Of a DNA stretch of 64,000 nucleotides, positions 40,986-49,482 are shown piece after piece; position 1 is the stretch's first letter, and every line of letters begins with the position of its first letter. This DNA comes from an uncultured Rivularia sp. Lineage in GTDB: Bacteria; Cyanobacteriota; Cyanobacteriia; Cyanobacteriales; Nostocaceae. The position numbers and the translations under genes were made by a program. A model generated the notes under the pieces. The model saw only the letters and a program-made list of their open reading frames with translations. It was not told the DNA's origin and did no database searches. Location of the stretch: NCBI GenBank assembly GCA_963665115.1, contig OY762007.1:160001-224000 (forward strand), given 5' to 3'.

Positions 40986-42581
40986 CTAACTCCGATTAAT
41001 CTGAATCAAATCTGTCAAAATACTATCTAAACTGCCGTTAACTTGAATTCTTTCAATTTTTTCGGAAATCCTTTCTAATACTTCTAACTCTTTCAATCTC
41101 AAAGCAACGGGGTTATCTTCCATTACTCTGGCTGTATTCAACATACTGCGAGTTGCAGCAGTCTCTTCTCTCCGCCGTACTACATTGGCTTGGGCTGATT
41201 TCTCGGCTTCTACAACTTTGCTCAAAATAGTTTTGATTTCCCCAGGTAGAATAATGTCTTTGACTCCTACCGAATCAATTTCTATTCCGTATTCTGCTGC
41301 TTTGGGACGAATATATTCGGCAATACTAATATCAATTGCTCCTTTATCTTCTAATAGTTCATCTAAAGTTTTTTCACCTACGGCAGCACGTAAAGCAAAC
41401 TGCAATTCTTTGTACAAATAACCAATGAAATCTGACAATCCATTTTTTGCTCTCAATGCATCTTGAATCCGGAAACCAGCAGTTAAGTTCAAACGCAGAG
41501 GTACTTTATCTTTCGATAAAATATCTTGTCCGGAAACCTCCATGTTTTGCAAGCGCAAGTCAATCACTTCACTTTGGAAAGAACGTCCAAACACCCACCA
41601 TGCATGAATTCCCGATTCTAGTTGTGCTTGAAATTCTTGGTTTACATACAGCAAACCGATGTGTTGAGCGGGTACTTGGCAAACGTGCAAAGAATAACGA
41701 CTCAAGCTTACGGTTTCTGGTAAACCCGATATTAATTCAGCTACCTTGGCGGGTGACAATTTAGCATCATTACTAATATCGATAATTTCGACATCAACAC
41801 CCTGCCAAAACAACTTGCGGCTAGTAGGAGGTAATATCGAAATTACTTTACCTTGATACCTCACAATTGCAGTTTGTTGAGTAAGGGTTTGTGCTGTCTC
41901 GCAGTAAGCTGCAACAAATTCAGGATGTCTCTCAATCAAGACTTCTTCAAGGGGAAAGTTTGGATTATGCACCAGACGACTCATTGCATAATAGGTAATT
42001 TCTTTATCTATTGCCCAAAAAGCATATTCTCCAGGCTCAAGAGGACGCACAAAGTTATTTTCAACGTACAATAAACCGATTTCATATTCTTTAACTAAGA
42101 TTTTCTTTAATCCACTAAAATTAAATCCACGCAGTTGCTGCACGAATTGAGTGGGCAATTCTAAACTTTCTTCTAAGTTAAAGATATGCGATTCTACTTC
42201 AATAAAACCACGCCAAAATGCTCGGAGTTGATTTGGTAAAACGTTTATCCATCGCTGCCCCAATCGTACTAAAGCAGCTTGATTAAAATTGGTACGTACT
42301 ATTAATAGATGTTCTTCTAATTCTGCTGCATTATCTCTTAATAATAATTCGAGGTTTTCAATATTGGCTTCCGGCTGTTTTAAATCAAAGGTTTCAACTC
42401 GCCAATATCTACCGAAATAAGTATAGGTTCCAGAAGTTAGAATCTTCTTAAAATCGCTGCGGTTATACAAAATCCCGATTTCACCGGGTTTAATATAGAA
42501 AGTTTTCCACATAGGTATTTTTATAGATAGTTGAGGTAATTTAGGCAATCGCAATCGAGAGAAAAATCTTGATAGAAACAT
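40986..42581 (-). CDS. Slipin-type SPFH/band-7 protein with N-terminal repeats
   Basis: C-terminal SPFH core 'DLR...EVSGQDILSKDKVPLRLN', 'QFALRAAVG..TLDELL', 'GVKDIILPG', 'RREETAATRSMLNTA', 'NPVALRLKELE'. Alternative start MWKTF at 42512. Confidence 0.92.
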   Translation of the reverse strand: MFLSRFFSRLRLPKLPQLSIKIPMWKTFYIKPGEIGILYNRSDFKKILTSGTYTYFGRYWRVETFDLKQPEANIENLELLLRDNAAELEEHLLIVRTNFNQAALVRLGQRWINVLPNQLRAFWRGFIEVESHIFNLEESLELPTQFVQQLRGFNFSGLKKILVKEYEIGLLYVENNFVRPLEPGEYAFWAIDKEITYYAMSRLVHNPNFPLEEVLIERHPEFVAAYCETAQTLTQQTAIVRYQGKVISILPPTSRKLFWQGVDVEIIDISNDAKLSPAKVAELISGLPETVSLSRYSLHVCQVPAQHIGLLYVNQEFQAQLESGIHAWWVFGRSFQSEVIDLRLQNMEVSGQDILSKDKVPLRLNLTAGFRIQDALRAKNGLSDFIGYLYKELQFALRAAVGEKTLDELLEDKGAIDISIAEYIRPKAAEYGIEIDSVGVKDIILPGEIKTILSKVVEAEKSAQANVVRRREETAATRSMLNTARVMEDNPVALRLKELEVLERISEKIERIQVNGSLDSILTDLIQINRS

Positions 42582-42639
42582 TTATAGGAAGAAAGGGAAT
42601 GGGTAATTGGTAATAGGTAATTGTTTTTAATTATTTGAG

Positions 42640-43122
42640 TTTCAACCGCCGGATTATGCACCATCCTTAACTTGTAGTACGTATGCTACGCAATAAAGTC
42701 AAAACTCCGCAAATGCAAGCGCTGATATGATTCCATAGCGGGCAAAAGCTTCTCAGTAACTGGATTAAGAAAACTGTTGTCTTATCTTAAATTACCCGAA
42801 GGTAATCCAAAATCATCAAACAATTCTCAAATATGAGGTTCGCTTTTTCTTTCCAGAATTTCCAGAGAAAAACTGAATCGAGCCAATGAAGCCCATACTC
42901 AATTTAAGGAGAAAACAATTGCTCTAGCTACTTCACCATCACTACCGAATGTTAACAAGTAACAAACAATTGCAGGCACTTACATTGCGGAGTTTGCCTC
43001 TTGCGAAGCATTTGTTGGAATTACGCCCCCCTGTTTCGATCTCTCGAACATCGGGAACCTTTCTAGCAAGGAGCTTAGGAGCGTTATTGCAGATTGTTCT
43101 GACTACCGTGACAGGGTAGGGT
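42640..43122 (-). ncRNA. Putative large (~480 nt) structured ncRNA; boundaries approximate
   Basis: 20-bp long-range helix 42995-42976 / 42722-42702 with two U-G wobbles that work only on the minus strand; C(UUCG)G hairpin at 42791-42806; GAGA tetraloop hairpin at 43032-43050; no ORF in the track. Confidence 0.7.
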
Positions 43123-43124
43123 GT

Positions 43125-43199
43125 TGGTTGAAAGTACAGGAATTGAACCTGCTAATCATAGATTATGAGTCTATTGCTCTACCAGTGAGCTAACTTCCG
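43125..43199 (-). tRNA. tRNA-like gene, anticodon CAT, C1:A72 mismatch, encoded CCA
   Basis: CGGAAGT TA GCTC ACTGGTA GAGC A ATAGA CTCATAA TCTAT GATTA GCAGG TTCAATT CCTGT ACTTTCA A CCA (75-nt cloverleaf). Confidence 0.85.
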
Positions 43200-43201
43200 G
43201 G

Positions 43202-43273
43202 TGCTTAATGCAGGAATCGAACCTACGAATGATAGATTTAGCGTCTATTGCTTTACCACTTAGCAAATTAAGC
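43202..43273 (-). tRNA. tRNA-like gene, anticodon CTA (amber) with non-canonical G33
   Basis: GCTTAAT TT GCT AAGTGGTAA AGC A ATAGA CGCTAAA TCTAT CATTC GTAGG TTCGATT CCTGC ATTAAGC A (72-nt cloverleaf with a perfect 7-bp acceptor stem). Confidence 0.8.
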
Positions 43274-43275
43274 TG

Positions 43276-43365
43276 TTGAAATAGTTTCAAGTTGTTCGCG
43301 GTATACGCTTTAAGCATTGCTCGGCGCACCAGTCGGATATACAGAATCCGAACTATAGCGAAGCT
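43276..43365 (-). ncRNA. Small structured leader RNA ahead of the tRNA-like genes
   Basis: Minus strand TTCGC...GCGAA closes the hairpins TCGGAT-N7-ATCCGA and GAGC-AAT-GCTT; then TTGAAA-CTA-TTTCAA. Confidence 0.5.
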
Positions 43366-43379
43366 TTACTATTACCTCA

Positions 43380-43412
43380 CTACAAATGTAGCACATTAAA
43401 ATACAATGGCAA
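43380..43412 (-). promoter_or_regulatory. Sigma70-type promoter with a palindrome overlapping the -10 box
   Basis: Minus strand TTGCCA (43412-43407), 16-nt spacer ending TGC, then TACATT (43390-43385). Palindrome CTACA-AA-TGTAG at 43380-43391. Confidence 0.6.
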
Positions 43413-43564
43413 GTTTGGTTGGTGTTGGGGCGTAGGGGAGACGTAGCAGTGCTACGTCTCTACATTCATTTTCGTGATGCAATTTAGGGAAGGAATTACA
43501 GTCAACGTTTTTTTCTTGATGATAGATAAGTTATAAATATTGCGTAGTTTTCTAATTCGATGGC

Positions 43565-43795
43565 GTGAAAATATTTTGCAAACAGAGTTTAATCTCGATA
43601 TTTAGATTAGTAATTTTACTGTCTTTAGTGAAACCATCTTTAGCGAGAGCAGATGTTTTACCGCCGGAAGAAGAATATATAGAATCTTTGAAAAACAATA
43701 AAGCCCTTATTTTAGTTACGCCGATTTTGGGGGTTTCTTTAATTGCTGGGGTTGTGTATTGGAAAAAATCAAAAAATGTGAAGAAAGATGAATAA
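43565..43795 (+). CDS. Short signal-peptide plus C-terminal TM protein, paralogous to the ends of the next gene
   Basis: KQSLISIF..KPSLARADV and PI.G.SLI.G..YWKK are shared with 43901..44575. Confidence 0.65.
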   Translation: MKIFCKQSLISIFRLVILLSLVKPSLARADVLPPEEEYIESLKNNKALILVTPILGVSLIAGVVYWKKSKNVKKDE

Positions 43796-43900
43796 TAATA
43801 TTTTGCATAAATGAGCAATTTTATTTACAGGCTGTGGATAAGTATGCAATTTAATAATTGTTAGGTTATAAATAATACGTAGTTTTTCCAATCAAACAAC

Positions 43901-44575
43901 GTGAGAATATTTCGCAAGCAGAGTTTAATCTCAATATTCCCTTTAGGAATTTTATTGACTTTATTTAAACCATCTTTAGCACGAGCAGATGTTGTAACTC
44001 CAGGTATGAGCCGTGTAAGATATTGTTTCAAAATAAATAATATTGATAAATATCCAGATCATTTGTTTTTAGTAATGAGAAAGTATGAAGGTCCTGGTTA
44101 TCCATCAAATGAGTTATTAAAATCGGGAAAATGTGTGGATTTGAGTGGTTATCGAGAATATGCTGAAGTTTATGCATTAAAAAAATCAGATATTAATTTA
44201 CAAGAAGACATAGTTTCAAATCAAGGAGGTGATGAGTTAAAAGATTTTGAAAGCAAAAAATCTAAATTAATTACCGCTACAAGGAAAATTCGTCCTATCA
44301 GAAGAATGAAGGATGTTTATCAAATAGCCAGAGTAGCTCAAGCTTATGAAATATCCGAAATTAACAATAGGGATTTAAGCTTGAGAAGTAGCTCAATTAC
44401 TTATTTTTACAAAAATAACAAATCGGAAACAAAAGCTTATTCTGATGGAGACAAGTTTCCATTGCCTTCAAGCAAGAATACAGCTTTCCTCTGGTATATG
44501 CCAATTTTTGGAATCTCTTTGATTAGCGGGGCTGCTTACTGGAAGAAATTAAATAAATCTAACAAAGGCGAATGA
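43901..44575 (+). CDS. Secreted protein with C-terminal TM anchor
   Basis: Signal peptide ending ARA-D, two Cys in the mature part, C-terminal TM followed by basic residues. Confidence 0.8.
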   Translation: MRIFRKQSLISIFPLGILLTLFKPSLARADVVTPGMSRVRYCFKINNIDKYPDHLFLVMRKYEGPGYPSNELLKSGKCVDLSGYREYAEVYALKKSDINLQEDIVSNQGGDELKDFESKKSKLITATRKIRPIRRMKDVYQIARVAQAYEISEINNRDLSLRSSSITYFYKNNKSETKAYSDGDKFPLPSSKNTAFLWYMPIFGISLISGAAYWKKLNKSNKGE

Positions 44576-45543
44576 TAAAAATTATTGCAGCCACTTTGTT
44601 AATATTAACTGCTGCTTTTGTATCGGTAGCCTTTCCTCTTGCGACTTATACTTTAACATTAGCGAGTTTTGGGCTGGCTCACGTTTTAACTGAGTTACGT
44701 TATCTAGATTTGCGTTTTCGTCAACGTGTAGATTTTGATTTACAAATAAAAATATTTATTCTGCTTCTAGTAATAGTTAATTTACGGATTTCGCAACTTA
44801 TAGGTGTAATTCATTCTTCGATAAGCGTTTGTTTGGAATTAATTTGTGTAATTGGTTTAGTTGCGCTGGTTATTCCAACTTTAAAAGCCAAAGATCGGAA
44901 ATTGGAAATTTTAGGTATCTTAGTTTGTACTATCCTTTTTGCTGGAGTATTTTGGATACCCATCTTAATGATGGTGCTTCTCGCTGTTTTACACAATATT
45001 ACTCCGGTAGGGTTTATTGCAGAAAGATTAAAAGGTTTGCAGCGAAAATTTGCTTTATTTATCTGTTTTATTGTATTTGCAATAATTCCATCTATAATTA
45101 TCACTGGATATCCTTATAATTTTTTATCTTCTTTAAATTTAGTTGCACCATCTGCCGATATTTTACAAGCTGGAAACCTGCAACTTCACTTAGGTGCATT
45201 TGTTCCTCAACAACTACATGAAATGCCAATGGCGCAAAATGCATTTTCCGCAGCAGTGTTTCTCCAATGTATGCACTATGCTGTAGTTTTAGGTGTATTA
45301 CCTAACTGGGAGAAAAACAGAAACAATAATTTTGTCAGTCATTTTTTGGTATGGAATCGTCAAAATATATTTGAAAAAGTAGTAATATTTTTAAGTACGT
45401 TGATATTTATTTACTTCGCTCAATCCTTTACCGATGCGCGTAAACTATACTCAATAGCAGCAGCGATTCACGCTTGGGTAGAATTCCCGATTTTACTTTT
45501 AGCTTTAGCAATTCCGGCTAAAGAAGAAAAAATAATAATTTAA
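44572..45543 (+). CDS. Polytopic membrane protein of unknown function
   Basis: About 9-10 TMs with conserved-looking His motifs (FGLAHVLTELRY, LHNITP, QCMHY, HAWVEFP); overlaps the upstream stop. Confidence 0.8.
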   Translation: MIKIIAATLLILTAAFVSVAFPLATYTLTLASFGLAHVLTELRYLDLRFRQRVDFDLQIKIFILLLVIVNLRISQLIGVIHSSISVCLELICVIGLVALVIPTLKAKDRKLEILGILVCTILFAGVFWIPILMMVLLAVLHNITPVGFIAERLKGLQRKFALFICFIVFAIIPSIIITGYPYNFLSSLNLVAPSADILQAGNLQLHLGAFVPQQLHEMPMAQNAFSAAVFLQCMHYAVVLGVLPNWEKNRNNNFVSHFLVWNRQNIFEKVVIFLSTLIFIYFAQSFTDARKLYSIAAAIHAWVEFPILLLALAIPAKEEKIII

Positions 45544-45560
45544 TTACCAATCCCCAATCC

Positions 45561-45926
45561 CTATAACATAAATTCAATCAGTCGATAAATAATTATTCCA
45601 CCACAAAAAGAAGCAATATTAGCAATCATTGATAAATACAGTCCTTTTCTCCATCCTAAATCCAAAACTTGCGAATATAAAAAGCCTTCAACAAAGATAA
45701 CAATAGATTCAATTATAATTACCCTAAGTGGAAATATGAAGTCAGAAATAATTATTTGATTGCTCGTCCATGCTAGGGGATGAGTTAAAAGAGTCGCACC
45801 GCAAGCCAAAGCAAACATTGCTAATAATTCGACTGAAGACGAAAATCGCTGTAGAAAATGAGTTAGCAATAAAATAATTGGAATTTCAATAGCTAAGGAA
45901 ATTAGTAAAGCTATGAATTGAGTCAT
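45561..45926 (-). CDS. Small four-TM hypothetical protein
   Basis: 'SLAIEIPI', 'TLLTHPLAW', 'VEG', 'ANIASF'. Confidence 0.8.
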   Translation of the reverse strand: MTQFIALLISLAIEIPIILLLTHFLQRFSSSVELLAMFALACGATLLTHPLAWTSNQIIISDFIFPLRVIIIESIVIFVEGFLYSQVLDLGWRKGLYLSMIANIASFCGGIIIYRLIEFML

Positions 45927-46130
45927 TGATTGCGGTTTTGAATTGCATCAATTATACCAGCATTTTAGAAGCAATTAAGAGCAGAGGGAAAATAAGGGCA
46001 GATCATTTCTATAAACTATAATTGCTAACTTTGACTTTATATGATATTAAAATATTTGGTAAAAGATAAAACATCAAAATTTTACCTCTTTCTACCGTTC
46101 CCCGTTTTCCGTTCCTTTATACTAAATAGT

Positions 46131-46676
46131 ATGTATAAATTTGCAGCAGCAAGCGTTGATGAAACTATTGTATATGGTTCTGGAAGACCACAATACAGTG
46201 ACGAAAAGGTTTTGCAATGGATTGAGTTTATGCAAAGTCAAAATATCAAGCGCATTTGCTGTTTGCTTGCTCCTCGTCAATTAAATAATTATTCAAATCT
46301 ATTAGAATTATATCAAAAGCAATTTGGATCAAAACAAGTTTGTTGGGCACCGATTGAAGATTTTAATTTAATTGATAAGCAATTATTAATCCAAGAAATA
46401 TTGCCATTTTTAGCAGAAGGCGATCGCCAAAATGAAAAAGTAGTAGTTCACTGCTCCGCTGGAATTGGACGCACGGGACAGGTTTTAGCAGCATGGTTAG
46501 TTTATGGAAGAGGATTTTCTAATCAAGAAGCAATATCAACAGTTATGCGAATGAAAAGAAATCCCTATGAATTTATAGTTACAACTGCAATGAAAGGTAA
46601 AAATCCTTGGAAAGCAATCTCGCAATTAAATCTACTTTTAGATGATTGTCGTAATTTTGGCGGAAAAAACAGATAA
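46131..46676 (+). CDS. Dual-specificity/tyrosine protein phosphatase
   Basis: CX5R motif 'VVVHCSAGIGRTG' and 'PIED'; likely start MYKF at 46131. Confidence 0.9.
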   Translation: MYKFAAASVDETIVYGSGRPQYSDEKVLQWIEFMQSQNIKRICCLLAPRQLNNYSNLLELYQKQFGSKQVCWAPIEDFNLIDKQLLIQEILPFLAEGDRQNEKVVVHCSAGIGRTGQVLAAWLVYGRGFSNQEAISTVMRMKRNPYEFIVTTAMKGKNPWKAISQLNLLLDDCRNFGGKNR

Positions 46677-46778
46677 CTATTATAGGTTTGTAGTAAGGAC
46701 TTTAGTCCTCAAATCAAAGGGCTGAAGCCCTGACTACGAACTTTGATTACTAGTTAAAAACACTTCAATTAAACAATC

Positions 46779-48317
46779 ATGCATAAAACAAGTCAACCCG
46801 ACCCCGTTCGTTTAGAAATCTTTAAAAATATTTATCAATTTATTGCCGAACAAATGGGAATCGTGCTGCAAAATACGGCAGCATCGGTAAATATTAAAGA
46901 ACGTTTAGACTTTTCCTGTGCAATCTTTGAAACTTCGGGTTTATTAGTTGCAAATGCTCCTCATATTCCCGTACATTTAGGTTCAATGAGTGAAAGCGTC
47001 CGCAGTTTAATTAACGATAAAGCAGACACTTTAAAATCGGGAAACGTATATTTATCAAATAACCCTTATAACGGCGGAACTCATCTTCCCGACGTAACGG
47101 CAATTACCCCTGTTTTCTCTTCTTCTAATAGTCCCATCTTTTACGTTGCTTCTCGCGGACATCAAGCGGATATTGGCGGAATTACACCCGGTTCGATGCC
47201 TCCTCATAGTAAAACTATAGAAGAGGAAGGTATTTTATTTGATAATTTTCTTTTAGTTGAATCAGGAAATTTTCGAGAACTAGCAGTTAGAGAAATACTA
47301 GCAAATCATGCTTATCCAGCTAGAAATCCCGACCAAAATATAGCTGACTTTAAAGCACAAATTGCTGCTAATAATCGTGGAGTTCAAGAACTTCTGAAGA
47401 TGGTTGAGCAATATAGCTTAGAAGTAGTCCAAGATTATATGAAATTTGTGCAGGATAATGCCGAAGAAGCAGTACGAAAAGCAATTGACGTTTTAAAAGA
47501 TGGTTCGTTTAGTTATGAAATGGATAGCGGTGCGGAAATTAAAGTTAATGTTACCATCAATAAAGAAAATCGCAGCGCCAAAATAGATTTTACCGGCACA
47601 TCCAAACAGCTACATAGTAACTTTAATGCTCCCAAAGCTGTAACTCAAGCTGCCGTTTTATACGTCTTCCGTACCTTAGTTAAAGATAATATTCCCCTCA
47701 ATGCAGGTTGTCTCAATCCTTTAGAAATTATTATTCCCCAAGGCTGTATGCTCAATCCAACTTATCCAGCAGCAGTAGTAGCGGGTAATGTGGAAACTTC
47801 TCAAACAATCGTCGATGCTTTATATGGTGCTTTAGGAATAATGTCTGGTTCTCAAGGCACCATGAATAACTTTACTTTTGGCAATGAAAACTATCAATAT
47901 TACGAAACAATATGTGGTGGCTCCGGTGCTGGTGAAGACTTTGACGGTACGGATGCAGTGCAAACCCATATGACGAATTCGCGTTTAACCGATCCAGAAG
48001 TATTAGAAACGCGATATCCCGTACTTTTAGAAAACTTTAGCTTGCGTCTCGGTAGCGGCGGTAAAGGAAAACATTCGGGTGGTAATGGAGTGATTCGTCG
48101 CATCCAATTTTTAGAAAATATGACAGCGAATATTCTTTGCAGTCACCGTTTAATATCTCCCTTTGGTTTAAATAATGGAGAGGCAGGAAAAGTTGGACGT
48201 AATTTAGTAATACGTAAAGATGGAAGCGAGGAGAAATTAGATAGTACCGCAACAGTTGAAATGAAACCTGGAGATGTTTTTATCATCGAAACTCCTGGTG
48301 GTGGTGGATTTGGATGA
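46779..48317 (+). CDS. Hydantoinase B / 5-oxoprolinase subunit
   Basis: 'SVNIKERLDFSCA', 'NAPHIPVHLGSM', 'PYNGGTHLPD', 'HMTNSRLTDPE', 'ETPGGGGFG'. Confidence 0.93.
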   Translation: MHKTSQPDPVRLEIFKNIYQFIAEQMGIVLQNTAASVNIKERLDFSCAIFETSGLLVANAPHIPVHLGSMSESVRSLINDKADTLKSGNVYLSNNPYNGGTHLPDVTAITPVFSSSNSPIFYVASRGHQADIGGITPGSMPPHSKTIEEEGILFDNFLLVESGNFRELAVREILANHAYPARNPDQNIADFKAQIAANNRGVQELLKMVEQYSLEVVQDYMKFVQDNAEEAVRKAIDVLKDGSFSYEMDSGAEIKVNVTINKENRSAKIDFTGTSKQLHSNFNAPKAVTQAAVLYVFRTLVKDNIPLNAGCLNPLEIIIPQGCMLNPTYPAAVVAGNVETSQTIVDALYGALGIMSGSQGTMNNFTFGNENYQYYETICGGSGAGEDFDGTDAVQTHMTNSRLTDPEVLETRYPVLLENFSLRLGSGGKGKHSGGNGVIRRIQFLENMTANILCSHRLISPFGLNNGEAGKVGRNLVIRKDGSEEKLDSTATVEMKPGDVFIIETPGGGGFG

Positions 48318-48404
48318 TTTAGATTTTGGAATAGGCTCGTAGTAAGCGATTTATCGCCTCCGAATTCCTAATTATCAGGCGTAGACAGTGCTACTACGAA
48401 CTAT

Positions 48405-48509
48405 TACAGCACTTTGCAGGTATATGAGGTACATTTCCCTACTCCCTACTCCCTACTCACTACTTCCTCTAGAAAAGATGTGTACCTCACTTAAATGAAA
48501 TCTGCTGTA
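48405..48509. mobile_element. MITE-like element (TACAGCA..GAGGTACA / TGTACCTC..TGCTGTA)
   Basis: Imperfect ~28-bp TIRs enclosing CCCTACT heptamer repeats. Confidence 0.6.
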
Positions 48510-48589
48510 TATTCCCTATTGCCTTTTTAAAATAATTTAATTAGCATACTAACTACTGAATAACCAACATTAAGAGATTTTCAAAACAC

Positions 48590-49012
48590 ATGATTAAAAA
48601 TACTTGCTTAAAATTACTTCGTAAAATAACGCTCCTTTCGACTGTTTTTTTATTGGTATTTTCTACTATTTCCTGTACCGATAATCAAGCAAATCCTCCA
48701 CAAGTTGAAGCTATCGAAACACCTTCTCCACCAACTACTTCATCTACAGAAGAATTACCTGCAACAGTGCAAAGTGCAGTTTTATCAGATGCAACAAAAC
48801 GTGTTAGTAAACCTGTAGCTGCACTGCGGATAACTCAAACACAAAAAGAAAGTTGGGCAGATAGTTGTTTGGGATTAGCAGAATCGGGTAAGCTTTGCGC
48901 TCAGGTAATAGTGCCCGGTTGGAAAGTTGTAGTCAGTGATGGGCAGCGCGAGTTGGTTTATCGTACAGATGAGAAAGGTAAACAAGTGAAATTAGAAGAG
49001 TTGCAAAAGTAA
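48590..49012 (+). CDS. Putative lipoprotein
   Basis: Lipobox-like TIS-C; 'W.DSCLGL....LCAQVIVPGW.V....YRTD'. Confidence 0.8.
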   Translation: MIKNTCLKLLRKITLLSTVFLLVFSTISCTDNQANPPQVEAIETPSPPTTSSTEELPATVQSAVLSDATKRVSKPVAALRITQTQKESWADSCLGLAESGKLCAQVIVPGWKVVVSDGQRELVYRTDEKGKQVKLEELQK

Positions 49013-49194
49013 TCTCCCCTACTCCCTATCAATACAAGCAGGGAAAACGGAGGAAGCTGAGGGGTAGAGGTAGTGCGTTAGCGTTCACGCGGAGCGTGCG
49101 GCTCAGCGTGTCCCGAAGGACATACTTCTAGCTCGCTGTTTGTAATTCGCTACCCGAGACACTTGCTGCCAGAAATATTCCCCAAAACCTTCGG

Positions 49195-49482
49195 TTAACT
49201 CAAAGCAATAATTCTCGATCCGATAACCCCAATTAGTACAATTAAACCCAAACCTCGACGAAAATAATTAACTCCCGAAAATAATTCCTGCCAACCCCAA
49301 GTAAATATACAGCCGAAAGCCAGTACTTCTAAACCTGTATTAACATCTCCTTTAGTAAAAAATAGTTGTAATAAACTAGCTACAAGCCAAACAATCAGTG
49401 GTGGGTTTGGTGGTTGAGCAATGACAATATTGCCATCATCGTCGCGGAATACTTTATCGAATAAGGTATTTTGCATTGTCAT
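49195..49482 (-). CDS. Small hypothetical membrane protein
   Basis: 'IVIAQPPNPPL', 'WQELFSGVNYFRR.LG'. Confidence 0.8.
   Translation of the reverse strand: MTMQNTLFDKVFRDDDGNIVIAQPPNPPLIVWLVASLLQLFFTKGDVNTGLEVLAFGCIFTWGWQELFSGVNYFRRGLGLIVLIGVIGSRIIALS

Noticed and set aside
42640..43122. Group I/II intron, tmRNA or RNase P RNA
   Set aside because: I could not find P7/S elements, a domain V, a tag reading frame with tRNA-like ends, or the GAGGAAAGUCC motif, and no interrupted host gene is evident.
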